DNA of 64,000 nucleotides, from the NCBI GenBank assembly GCA_034188985.1, contig JAXHVT010000033.1:43190-107189 (forward strand), read 5' to 3'. The notes beneath the pieces were generated by a model, which saw only the letters and a list, made by a program, of their open reading frames with translations, did not search any database and was not told the origin of the DNA. Shown here piece by piece: positions 18,589-27,240 of this stretch (position 1 is the stretch's first letter; every line of letters starts with the position of its first letter). The DNA is from Actinomycetota bacterium. Its GTDB lineage: Bacteria > Actinomycetota > Geothermincolia > Geothermincolales > RBG-13-55-18. Made by a program: the position numbers and the translations under genes.

Positions 18589-20940
18589 TCATGCATCCTC
18601 CCCCCGTTTCCTCTTCCGCCCGCGGCGGAGTGAGAGGAGCTTCCCCGAGGATCTCCGCGCTTCACCTGTCTCCCCCGGCTCCGCCGAGGCCGGCGTCGCG
18701 GAGGGGTAGGCGGTTCCGGACGCGTAAGGCCTTTCCCCGCACAGCTCCCGCGAGGCGATGATGCCGCTGAGGGCCGCGCCCTCGAGGCCTCCCCCGTATC
18801 TGCTCCAGGCCCCCACCAGGTATAGGTTGTGTAGTGGAAGCCGGGGGCCGGGCCTGCGGTAGTACCATTGGCTGAGTAGGGGAGCGAAACCAAAGGCGGA
18901 ACCCTGAACGTTGGAAGTCAGACGTGAAAAATGGGTCGGAAGGGTAACAAATTCCTTGGCCGCGTTCTTGATCGCCGGAAGCACGGAGGCTATCTCCTCC
19001 TTGATAATGACCGTCAGCTCGGCGCCCAGCTCCTTTCCCTGGCGTTCGTCCTCGAAAACGTGGTAACAGTCGCTGGGCACGTTTATCCGGACCATGAGCA
19101 CGCAGCCCTTCCCGCTTTCCCTCTCCACTATTTCCTTGGTCATGATCAGGGAATCGACCTCCAGATAGGTATCCCCGGTGCGGATACGGCGTGGTTTAGA
19201 TGGGAATAGAAACACCCTTTCGGGCAGGCGCAGGTCATCCTGGAATATGAAGTGCAGTACGAAGGCGGAGCACGAGGGCTTGAGCTTCTCCATCTCCTTG
19301 AGGAAAGCGAAGCCCAGGCTCGAGGGGGGCACTAGACTGGGTATGGCCCGGCGCGGGTCCACGTTCAGAATCACCACCTTCGATCTGATCTGTGAGCCAT
19401 CTGAGAGGCGCAGTCCTATGGGGACGGCCCTCGCGCCCTCTCCCTGCAGAAGCACCTCCTCCGAAGCGCAGGACGTCATGACGTCTCCGCCGGCCGCCCT
19501 GACTACGCCGGCCAGCTTGCGGGAAAGATGCGAGAAATCCGGCTGGGGACAGAATATGCCGTCGATAAAGAGATTGCACAGGAGGCGGGCGCCTTCGAAG
19601 GCGGGAAACCGCTTTGGGTCCCCGCCCAGGAGGGAGGAAAGCCCGCCTAGAAGCGAAACCAGTTCGTCGTCGGTGATGTATTCCTCCAGCAAGGCCTGGA
19701 AACCGAGGTTCTGCCACAGGGCGGAAAGGGGATGTCTTAAGAACTGCTCGTGGTATTCGTCCAGGTCGGAGGGAAGAGGCGAGGACAGGTTGTCCGGCCT
19801 GTCCATGAGCTCGCCTCGAAAACGCCTGAGGTCAGTCATGAGGTGTTTCAGGCCGCTCTTGCTGGTGGGGAACTTGACGCCTATCTTGTCCATGTCCTGC
19901 TCGGGTCCCTGTCCGAGCCTCAAGGCTATCTTGCCGTTGGCTAGCCCCCATTCCAGGCGTCTCATGGGTATCTCTTCCTCCAGGCCCAGTCTCTGTATAA
20001 GGGCCTGGATCACCCCGTTTTCCCTGCCTCCGCAAAGCAGGGAGGGGCCGGAGTTTAGGGGGTAACCCTCCCAGCAAAAGGTCTGGCAGTAGCCCCCGAC
20101 CCCGCGTGCCTTCTCGGCCAGCAGTACTTTCATCCCGGAATGGGACAGGAGCGCGGCGCAGGACAGGCCCCCTATGCCCGAGCCCACGACGGCGGCGTCA
20201 TACTCGTTCTTTCTGAGGGACCGCCCGGGGGTAAGGACCGGGGGCTTCCATTTCACGGCCAGGGGGCCCTTCTCGACCAGCTCCGATTCCATGCGGCGGG
20301 GCATTACGACCACGACGAAGGGGGTTAGCAGTATTCCGGCGCATATCAAGCCGGCGCTGGCTATGGCCGAGATATCCGTTGAAGCATCTCCGCGCAAGGC
20401 CAGCATGCAGACCAGGTTGACGGCCAGCCCCATGAGAAAGACGATGTTCCAGATCATGGTCAGCGACCAGAAAGTACGCCGCAGTACGGGGCTTTCCCGC
20501 ATGCTTTCGGGATAATCTATGTAGAGATAATGGCCGGGAAAGTACATGTTCTCCAGGGCGCCGTAACCGGCCATTATCACCAGGCAGGCGAACCCCCCGG
20601 CCAGCAGGTTCGGTATGCGGCTGTCCAGCTTGTCCCCGAGCACCAGGGCCGCCGCGCAGGCCACCAGGAAAAATAGCAGCGAAAAGGCCTGGAGGATACC
20701 CCATTTTCTTCGAGAGGGCAGGATGAAAAAAAGAAGGAGGATCACGACAAGTCCCGCCACCGCCCCCCACAGGGTCCATCCCAGGTAGCTCAGGACCGCC
20801 AGGCACAACCAGGGCAACCAGGCCAGTATGAAAATAATCAGGCCTTTCCTGCGCAAATCCACGACCTCCCTCGGGACGATTCGAAACCCGCACCCGAAAT
20901 CCGGGTATAGCGATTCAATAAAATATACATCAAATAGCAA
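18589..20940 (-). CDS. Polytopic membrane domain fused to a phytoene-desaturase-family FAD oxidoreductase
   Basis: 783 aa. The first ~240 aa carry about six TM helices. They are followed by the dinucleotide fold YDAAVVGSGIGGLSCAALLSHSGMKVLLAEKARGVGG and a CrtI/CrtD-like body. The C-terminal tail is basic. Confidence 0.75.
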   Translation of the reverse strand: MLFDVYFIESLYPDFGCGFRIVPREVVDLRRKGLIIFILAWLPWLCLAVLSYLGWTLWGAVAGLVVILLLFFILPSRRKWGILQAFSLLFFLVACAAALVLGDKLDSRIPNLLAGGFACLVIMAGYGALENMYFPGHYLYIDYPESMRESPVLRRTFWSLTMIWNIVFLMGLAVNLVCMLALRGDASTDISAIASAGLICAGILLTPFVVVVMPRRMESELVEKGPLAVKWKPPVLTPGRSLRKNEYDAAVVGSGIGGLSCAALLSHSGMKVLLAEKARGVGGYCQTFCWEGYPLNSGPSLLCGGRENGVIQALIQRLGLEEEIPMRRLEWGLANGKIALRLGQGPEQDMDKIGVKFPTSKSGLKHLMTDLRRFRGELMDRPDNLSSPLPSDLDEYHEQFLRHPLSALWQNLGFQALLEEYITDDELVSLLGGLSSLLGGDPKRFPAFEGARLLCNLFIDGIFCPQPDFSHLSRKLAGVVRAAGGDVMTSCASEEVLLQGEGARAVPIGLRLSDGSQIRSKVVILNVDPRRAIPSLVPPSSLGFAFLKEMEKLKPSCSAFVLHFIFQDDLRLPERVFLFPSKPRRIRTGDTYLEVDSLIMTKEIVERESGKGCVLMVRINVPSDCYHVFEDERQGKELGAELTVIIKEEIASVLPAIKNAAKEFVTLPTHFSRLTSNVQGSAFGFAPLLSQWYYRRPGPRLPLHNLYLVGAWSRYGGGLEGAALSGIIASRELCGERPYASGTAYPSATPASAEPGETGEARRSSGKLLSLRRGRKRKRGEDA

Positions 20941-21069
20941 GTATACACCTTCATTTCGGGTCGGGTCGGGGATATCCGGTCGGATTCACGCAGCCTCTTC
21001 GCACCCTTTTCGCCATCGATGAGGCACTTTCGCGAAAGGTTGCCGCAGCGGGGATTTCGCGGACGCTTT

Positions 21070-21477
21070 CTAACTGCTACGGCCTTGCTCGAGATGCCTT
21101 TCCAGGTAGCGGAGGGTGTCTCGCAGCAGCATGAGGGAGATCAGGGCGGATAGCAGGAGGAGGCAGAGGGCGGATAGGATCAAGGCCAGCTGGGGGAGTA
21201 TGGACGTAAAGGTGAAAACAAGGATCAAGGCCAGGAGTAAAAGTAGCAGTACCTTGTCGAGAAGGATTCCCCTCCCCAGGCGCCCGAAGAGCTGCGACAG
21301 GCCGTACGCCAGTTCCTCCTCGGAGGCCTCCTCATCGCCGGCCACGGTCCTGGAGAGGGCGTCGCGCAGCCTTGCCGGGCCCATTACCTGGGCGCGATAG
21401 CGGAAATGGACGGCGTAGAGGACCACCAGGAGGCCCAGGACGCCGCAGAATATCAGGACGAACAGGTAGATATCCAC
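21070..21477 (-). CDS. Hypothetical membrane protein
   Basis: 135 aa with one N-terminal and two C-terminal TM helices. No recognisable family. Confidence 0.45.
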   Translation of the reverse strand: MDIYLFVLIFCGVLGLLVVLYAVHFRYRAQVMGPARLRDALSRTVAGDEEASEEELAYGLSQLFGRLGRGILLDKVLLLLLLALILVFTFTSILPQLALILSALCLLLLSALISLMLLRDTLRYLERHLEQGRSS

Positions 21478-21729
21478 TCGTTCTACCCCTTCCTCTCGAG
21501 GTTGTCGTAATGATTATAATCCAGGTCGGACGGCGATGTGGAATAATAACATCACCGGTTTCTCCCCCTGAAGTGTGGGCGGAGGGATCAGCTTGATCCG
21601 CCACCGGAGGCGGTGAGCCTGGCGTTCGGTACCGGAGAACAGCCGCGAATTGCGTTCCGGGAGGACCGCCCGCACATCATGGTGGAGAGCCACAGCCCCG
21701 TTCAAGCCCGAAGACGGAGGGAGGTTACC

Positions 21730-21930
21730 ATGCCGGAAGGATTTCTGGCCAAGACCCAGGCGGAGGTGGCCCTGGACCTGGTGGGCGGATACCTGGAGTT
21801 CGCGGGCGAGGAGGAAAGGGAAAGATACCACGACGTGGACTCCTATCTGGGCCTCTATGAGAGGGCCTACCGTCTTATCATCGAGATGTCGGACCGAAGC
21901 GGACCGCGCGCCGGCTTCCAGGCGGAGTGA
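21730..21930 (+). CDS. Small hypothetical protein (66 aa)
   Basis: GGAGGGAGG lies 7 nt upstream of the ATG at 21730 (MPEGFLAKTQAEV...). The longer track ORFs upstream lack such a signal. Confidence 0.3.
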   Translation: MPEGFLAKTQAEVALDLVGGYLEFAGEEERERYHDVDSYLGLYERAYRLIIEMSDRSGPRAGFQAE

Positions 21931-21976
21931 AGGCTCCGCCTGTCGCCGGAACGGGGATGTCAATTATCTAAGCTAT

Positions 21977-22363
21977 CTAAGCCGACACGGACTCGGCGGC
22001 GCTTACTATTTTGCTTCCCAGCTTACCCTTGCCCAGGTCCATCTCCGTCTGCTTGATCTGTTCCGAGATAAGTTTCTTGGCGACCTGGAAAACAGTGAAG
22101 CGGATCAGTTGAGAGACCAGGGACCTCTCCTTTTTGGCCTTTTTCTTGCCTTTCTTGTCGGTCTTCTTCACCTCTAATTTCCGCCTTTTCTCCATCCTGG
22201 CTTTGGCCTTGGCCTTAGCCTTGAGGAGCTTTTTCCTCTTGCGGCGCTTTCTCAGCTTGAGGAGAAGCAGGACGGCGACTAACAATCCCGCGAGAGCGCC
22301 CAAACTCGCCTCCTTCTTCTCCAAGAGGGATTCGCCCATTTTCCGAAACACCTCCTCTTGCAT
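21977..22363 (-). CDS. Single-TM protein with a poly-Lys/Arg segment
   Basis: 128 aa. A TM helix (LGALAGLLVAVLLLL) is followed by KLRKRRKRKKLLKAKAKAKARMEKRRKLEVKKTDKKGKKKAKKE. Confidence 0.45.
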   Translation of the reverse strand: MQEEVFRKMGESLLEKKEASLGALAGLLVAVLLLLKLRKRRKRKKLLKAKAKAKARMEKRRKLEVKKTDKKGKKKAKKERSLVSQLIRFTVFQVAKKLISEQIKQTEMDLGKGKLGSKIVSAAESVSA

Positions 22364-22507
22364 GGGAGCCAGCCTGCGTTTTAAGTATTATAACCCCTGG
22401 CGGGGTGGAGAATGCACGGCTTGTATGTGGACCTCGAAGTTGACGGGAGGAATCCGTGTGCTTATCTTTAGGTAACGTATCTGTGAACATGATCGAAAGG
22501 AGAGCTT

Positions 22508-23353
22508 TTGCCCCACAAAGATGGCGGTGTGGTACGCAGCATAGCCCTGGACGCGCTGGTCGACTTCCGCCGGCGACCGTTGATGTGGTTGATCCTCTCC
22601 ACCGCCTCGCTGCCCTCAATCTTCCTCTTCTATTTCCTGGTGGCCGGCTCCCCGCCCAGCCTCTATTTCGTTTTCCTGTTCGTGGGTTATAGCCTCACAT
22701 TCACCGTCCTTTTCCTTTTCTGGTGCATGGCGGTGTTCCTCTACGATGACGATATCCGCGCTAAGGGCAAGTCCTCCTACCGGGGCGCCTACGCCAGGAT
22801 GGAGCGCGCCGTCAGGCCCTCCGCGTGGGTGGGATTGTTCTGCGGACTGATAACCGTTCTGGCCGTAGTCATCGCCCAAATGGTGGTCAGCATGATCCTG
22901 GGCTTCCTGGCGACCGGGCAGGCCAGTGACAGCAGCCTGATCGCCCTCTCCGTTATAAACTATTTTCTCAGTTACCTGGCCGCAGACCTGGCCCTGGTCC
23001 TAATCGTTCTGGTACCCCAGATGGTGACCCTTGAGGGCGGCGCCAAGCTGGAGGAGGTGCTAAGGGCCAGCTATCAACTGATAAAGGAGAGGTACCGCAA
23101 CGCCATCCTGCTTTTCATCATCCCGGAGATTGTCACCCGCGCCGTTTTCCTAGGGGCATCGTTCGCCATAGCCTACGTGCCCGGAATGGGCCTCATATTC
23201 GCCCTCCTGCTGCTCTGCATGGCCCTTCTGGAGGGCGCCAGGACCGCCTTTATCGCCACCGCCTTCAACCGCTTCTATTACCAGGTGCTCGATGAGGAGA
23301 AGAAAAAGCGCCGTAAGAAGTCCCGCCAGAAAGCCAAGCAGAAGAAGCGCTGA
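22508..23353 (+). CDS. Polytopic membrane protein with basic C-terminal tail
   Basis: 281 aa with about six TM helices. The tail is EEKKKRRKKSRQKAKQKKR. The start is uncertain. Confidence 0.55.
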   Translation: MPHKDGGVVRSIALDALVDFRRRPLMWLILSTASLPSIFLFYFLVAGSPPSLYFVFLFVGYSLTFTVLFLFWCMAVFLYDDDIRAKGKSSYRGAYARMERAVRPSAWVGLFCGLITVLAVVIAQMVVSMILGFLATGQASDSSLIALSVINYFLSYLAADLALVLIVLVPQMVTLEGGAKLEEVLRASYQLIKERYRNAILLFIIPEIVTRAVFLGASFAIAYVPGMGLIFALLLLCMALLEGARTAFIATAFNRFYYQVLDEEKKKRRKKSRQKAKQKKR

Positions 23354-23484
23354 CCTGGCCGGGGCGCCCGGATCCGGCTACCGGCCACGCATGACGCGCG
23401 ATCGTCGTGGCCGAACCGGAGAACTCCGGGTGTTCAAACGTGTTCCGCGACGCGTTGGACCTCAACTGGTCCGTGACGTGGCGC

Positions 23485-23601
23485 TCAGGTGTCCCAATCA
23501 TCGAATGTCCCACAGCCGCCGGACAGGATGAGAAGGCCGGCGGCCGCCGCGATCAAGAACAGGGTAAGTACGACGAACAGCCATCGCCGGTGATCCTTCA
23601 A
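23485..23601 (-). CDS. Candidate 38-aa signal-peptide mini-protein
   Basis: Not in the track because it is under 60 aa. GAGGAGGTGAGG precedes a TTG at 23601. The product is MKDHRRWLFVVLTLFLIAAAAGLLILSGGCGTFDDWDT, with a charged n-region, a hydrophobic core and a Cys. Confidence 0.3.
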   Translation of the reverse strand: MKDHRRWLFVVLTLFLIAAAAGLLILSGGCGTFDDWDT

Positions 23602-23784
23602 CAGAACCTCACCTCCTCGCAGCAGAAATCATGGCCGGTTTCCATCCATAAAGCAATACCTCTTTGATATCTTAAACGGCAGCTGGCGATCAAGCCTTGA
23701 TAGGCGTCAGTCAAAAGAGCGCCGGGCACGCATGGAAGAGAGCACGTCATTCCGCGCCCCCGGGGTACTCGATGGGATGCCGGT

Positions 23785-24441
23785 TCAGTTCATCAGCGGC
23801 TCGACGTGGTTCTTTATCTTTCCCTTGATGCGGCAGAGGGCGTTATCCACCACCTTGGTATCGCGCCTGATCTCTCCGGCGATCTCCTTGTAGCTCTTTC
23901 CCTCCAGGTAGGATACGAGGACCTTCCATTCCAGGCCGCTGAGCTTCTCCCTGAGGATGCAGATGATGCGGGCGACTTCATCCTCGAAGATATAGAGCTC
24001 CAACGGGTCATCCGCCTTCGTGCTGACGCTCCCGCCGGCGTAATAGACCATCTCGCCGCTCTCATCGAACAGGTTGGCCTCCAGAGAGCGGTAGCAGCTC
24101 AGGGGATTGTGTTTCTTCCTGGTGTGGGTCTTCACCGCGGTTATTATCTGGCGTGTTATGCACAGGACGGCGAAGGAACGAAAGGAACAGATATCGTTGA
24201 ACTTGTAGTCCCTGATGGCCTTGTACAGCCCTATCATGCCCTCCTGTATGGTATCGTCGTGCTCGGCTCCGTCCAGGAAATAGGATTTTGCTTTGACGTG
24301 GACCAGGTATTGGTACTTGTTGAGCAGGAAAGCCTCGGCCCGGGAATCTCCGCGCCTGGTTTGGGTTATGAGGTCCTCATCGCTCATCTCCTCGTAGGGA
24401 ATTTCCAGGCAATACGTTCTTGCTTTTTCCTTGACCGGCAA
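23785..24441 (-). CDS. sigH: RNA polymerase sigma factor, Bacillus sigma-H (Spo0H) type
   Basis: 218 aa, the same length as B. subtilis SigH as I recall it. Long collinear matches: KAKSYFL.GA..DD.IQEGMIGLYKAIRD, SF+.FA.LCITRQIITA.KT.TR.KH.PL, and VLV.YL.GKSY.EIA. Confidence 0.85.
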   Translation of the reverse strand: MPVKEKARTYCLEIPYEEMSDEDLITQTRRGDSRAEAFLLNKYQYLVHVKAKSYFLDGAEHDDTIQEGMIGLYKAIRDYKFNDICSFRSFAVLCITRQIITAVKTHTRKKHNPLSCYRSLEANLFDESGEMVYYAGGSVSTKADDPLELYIFEDEVARIICILREKLSGLEWKVLVSYLEGKSYKEIAGEIRRDTKVVDNALCRIKGKIKNHVEPLMN

Positions 24442-24767
24442 GACGTCCCCTCCTTCCCACGAAGCCTACATTTAGTATTTTAAGGGCTATGATAGACCAT
24501 ATATATAGTATTGTCAATATGTAGTAGTAAATAAAATAAAGGAAATACCATATGGTGTGTAAAATACTTTATCTAATAGGCTGTTTTAATCGTCTTTCCG
24601 CGTCAAAAGGTGAAGGTTATCCAGGTTACCGAAACAAGCTTGGCGGCGTCCCCCGTCCTTAACCGAAAATAAACAAAACGATAAAGCTGGCGTGAAGGCT
24701 GATTGCAAGTATGGGGACAGGAGGTAAGCATGGATGGCGGAAGAGAGATGGGCGAGGAGGATATATA

Positions 24768-25325
24768 ATGAGGGGCACAGTGATGCTTGTGGGCGTGGTA
24801 GCCTTGACGGCGGCTTTTTTCACCTGCCTTCTCCCGGGTTCGCTGGTTCGGGCATAGGAGCGAGATCCGCGAGAGGACAGGAAGGAGGAAAAGGAACAGA
24901 AGCTGGAGGAACGGAGGGAGACGGTCGAACAGAGGATCGAGCTCACGCTCGCCCGCTTCGATAACAACAAGGACAGGCACATAGCCGTCTACAACCAGGC
25001 CAAAGAGAAGATATCCAACCTGCTGGAAGCGCTGCAGGAACAAGGTTACGATGTTTCCCAACTGGCCGAGGACCTCTCTCCCTGGGACGGGATGATCGTG
25101 CAGTTCGGTCTGGATTACCAGGCTTTCGTAGATAAGCTAAGGGAACTGGAAGGCATGGATTCAGCGGAGGAGGGCTTCAGGTCCATACTCCAGGAGGCCA
25201 GATCGCTGCTCCGCGTAGCATACCAGGACGTCCTGGATATCCGCCACTACTACCAGACCGTGATCCGGCCCGATGTCCAGCAACTGCGGGAAGCGATGCC
25301 GGATGGAGCCGGAGAAGCAGCCTGA
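24768..25325 (+). pseudogene. Secreted helical protein gene interrupted by one in-frame TAG directly after the signal peptide
   Basis: GGAGG lies 6 nt upstream of the ATG at 24768. The signal peptide is MRGTVMLVGVVALTAAFFTCLLPGSLVRA. TAG sits at 24855-24857, and the same frame then stays open for 155 more codons to the TGA at 25323. The track reports only the last 77 aa (25092-25325). Confidence 0.45.
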
Positions 25326-25376
25326 AGGGGGATCGAGAGATATGAGAGACACGCGAAAAAGGTCTATCCGTGGCTG

Positions 25377-25604
25377 GTGATAGCCTTAGCCACTGCCCTG
25401 GTGGCCCTGTATTTCTTCGTCGTCTCCTGCGGCAGGGGCGATGCCTCGAAACCCGAAGGCGTCGATGATACCGCGAGCGAAACGTGCGTGGTCGACAGGT
25501 CCACGGTAGATGAGATAATAGAAGAACTGGATTCTATTATGGACTCCGTGGACCCCGACGATTTCGACGACAGCCAGTTGAGCGATTCCGAGCTGGGCCT
25601 GTAA
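25377..25604 (+). CDS. Small acidic lipoprotein
   Basis: 75 aa with a GTG start. Lipobox is FVVSC, and the mature part is very acidic (...DPDDFDDSQLSDSELGL). Confidence 0.45.
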   Translation: MIALATALVALYFFVVSCGRGDASKPEGVDDTASETCVVDRSTVDEIIEELDSIMDSVDPDDFDDSQLSDSELGL

Positions 25605-25634
25605 TCGAAGCTTGGTCCGGCCCGGTCATGGAGG

Positions 25635-26273
25635 TTGGCATGTGAGGGTAGGAAAGAGCGGGATGTGAAGATGGCCGGCGACCCACCGGGGGACTCGAAC
25701 CGGGTGTACGAGGCGATCGGAGAGAAGGTATACTCCGACCTGGCCGACCTCGAACGGGTCATAAAGGGCTGTCGGCGCTGTCCGGGTGGGGGAAGTGGAC
25801 TAGCGGGCCATGGAGAACCGGGCTCCGGCTTATTTCTACTGGCCGGCAGGCCCGGACCTGGATCCGCTCCGGGCAATCCCTGGGGCTCCCGGGGGGAGGC
25901 GGTGCTCGAGAGGCTAGGATGGTACGGGGATTCGAGTCACGGGGGGATATACTTTTCCACGGCGCTGCGTTGTCCGCTCGATGACGTAAGCGCCGCGGAG
26001 CTGCGCCGTTGCGCTGGATACCTAGCCGAGGAGCTGTTCTTGATCGGGCCGCGCCTGGTTATGGTATCCGGAAAGCTGGCCGTCGTGACCCTGAGGGCCG
26101 CCCTGGGAGAGGGGATACCCGGCCAACCCAAGGCCGGGGATTCTTGCAGCCTTTTCTTCTCCCGTTTCCTCTTCAATGTCGATGTCGGCAGGATAGACAC
26201 GGAAGGTGGGGCGGCAAAGGTTTTCTGGAACGTTTTCTCCAAAGCATTGGAGATGCTGGAACAGCCGTCCTGA
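25635..26273 (+). CDS. Uracil-DNA-glycosylase-superfamily-like protein (divergent motifs)
   Basis: 212 aa. CRRCPGG...GHGEPGSGLFLLAGRPGPGS resembles the family-4 UDG N-terminal CxxC + G-E-x-P-G region, but with changed residues. The start may be the ATG at 25671. Confidence 0.45.
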   Translation: MACEGRKERDVKMAGDPPGDSNRVYEAIGEKVYSDLADLERVIKGCRRCPGGGSGLAGHGEPGSGLFLLAGRPGPGSAPGNPWGSRGEAVLERLGWYGDSSHGGIYFSTALRCPLDDVSAAELRRCAGYLAEELFLIGPRLVMVSGKLAVVTLRAALGEGIPGQPKAGDSCSLFFSRFLFNVDVGRIDTEGGAAKVFWNVFSKALEMLEQPS

Positions 26274-26329
26274 TACCTGTCCGGCGGACGTGCGATACCA
26301 TGGGGATCGGATACGCGGGCTCACCGACG

Positions 26330-27214
26330 CTATTCATCGGAGAGGAGCCTGACGCTCTCGATCACGTCGTCGATGACGTCCTCCGGCGTCGATGCGCCAC
26401 CTACCACCCCCACACGCCTTACGCCGTCGAACCACGCCGGGTCGATCTCGGCCGCCTTCTCCACGTGATAGGAGGCGGTTCCCTGTCCCTCGCATATAAG
26501 CCTGAGGTGGTTGGTGTTGGAACTGTTCTTTCCCCCTACGACCAGCATGAGGTCGGACTTGCACGAGAGCTTGAGCGCCTCCTTCTGGCGTTTGAGGGTG
26601 GTTTTACACAGGGTGTTTATGACCTTGAGCTCGGATACGTACTGGGGAAGAAGATCCACTACCGCCTGCAGCGATTGCAGGCTGATAGTGGTCTGTGCCG
26701 TTACTCCCACCCTTCTGGGGGTCCTCTCGTGGCTTTTAAGCCAGCCCATGACCTCCTGGGCGTTGGAGACCACCACCGCCCTGCCCTCCAGGTGCTCCAC
26801 GATAGCCGAGACCTCGGGATGGATAGGGGAACCTATTATGAACAGCAGGTAGCCCTCGTTCACCAGAGAGATGGCTGCGCGCCTCGCTTTCTTAACTATG
26901 GGGCAGGTGGCGTCGATTATGCGAGCCCCCCTGACCTCGAGCTCCTCGATACTGAGAGGACCGAGCCCGTGAGAGCGCAGGATAACCGTGCTATCGGAGA
27001 GATCTATGCCCTGCCATTGCCCCGGGTCCTCGGGAAGTACATGGAGCCCCCTATCGGCAAGCCCTTGAACCACCATGGGGTTGTGGATGATGGGACCAAC
27101 AGTGTACTTCCGTCCGCCCGCTTCCTCGGAAAGCGTTCTGTCCGCCAGCTTCAAGGCCCTTTTTACCCCTGGGCAGAAGCCGGAGAACCTGGCAATACGA
27201 ACATCAAGGGACAT
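26330..27214 (-). CDS. ispH: 4-hydroxy-3-methylbut-2-enyl diphosphate reductase
   Basis: 294 aa. Motifs: GFCPGVKRAL, GPIIHNP, DATCPIVKK, NTLCKTT..RQ, GGKNSSNTNHL. Confidence 0.9.
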   Translation of the reverse strand: MSLDVRIARFSGFCPGVKRALKLADRTLSEEAGGRKYTVGPIIHNPMVVQGLADRGLHVLPEDPGQWQGIDLSDSTVILRSHGLGPLSIEELEVRGARIIDATCPIVKKARRAAISLVNEGYLLFIIGSPIHPEVSAIVEHLEGRAVVVSNAQEVMGWLKSHERTPRRVGVTAQTTISLQSLQAVVDLLPQYVSELKVINTLCKTTLKRQKEALKLSCKSDLMLVVGGKNSSNTNHLRLICEGQGTASYHVEKAAEIDPAWFDGVRRVGVVGGASTPEDVIDDVIESVRLLSDE

Positions 27215-27240
27215 AGCGTTCCCCTCCCACTACATTAGAT

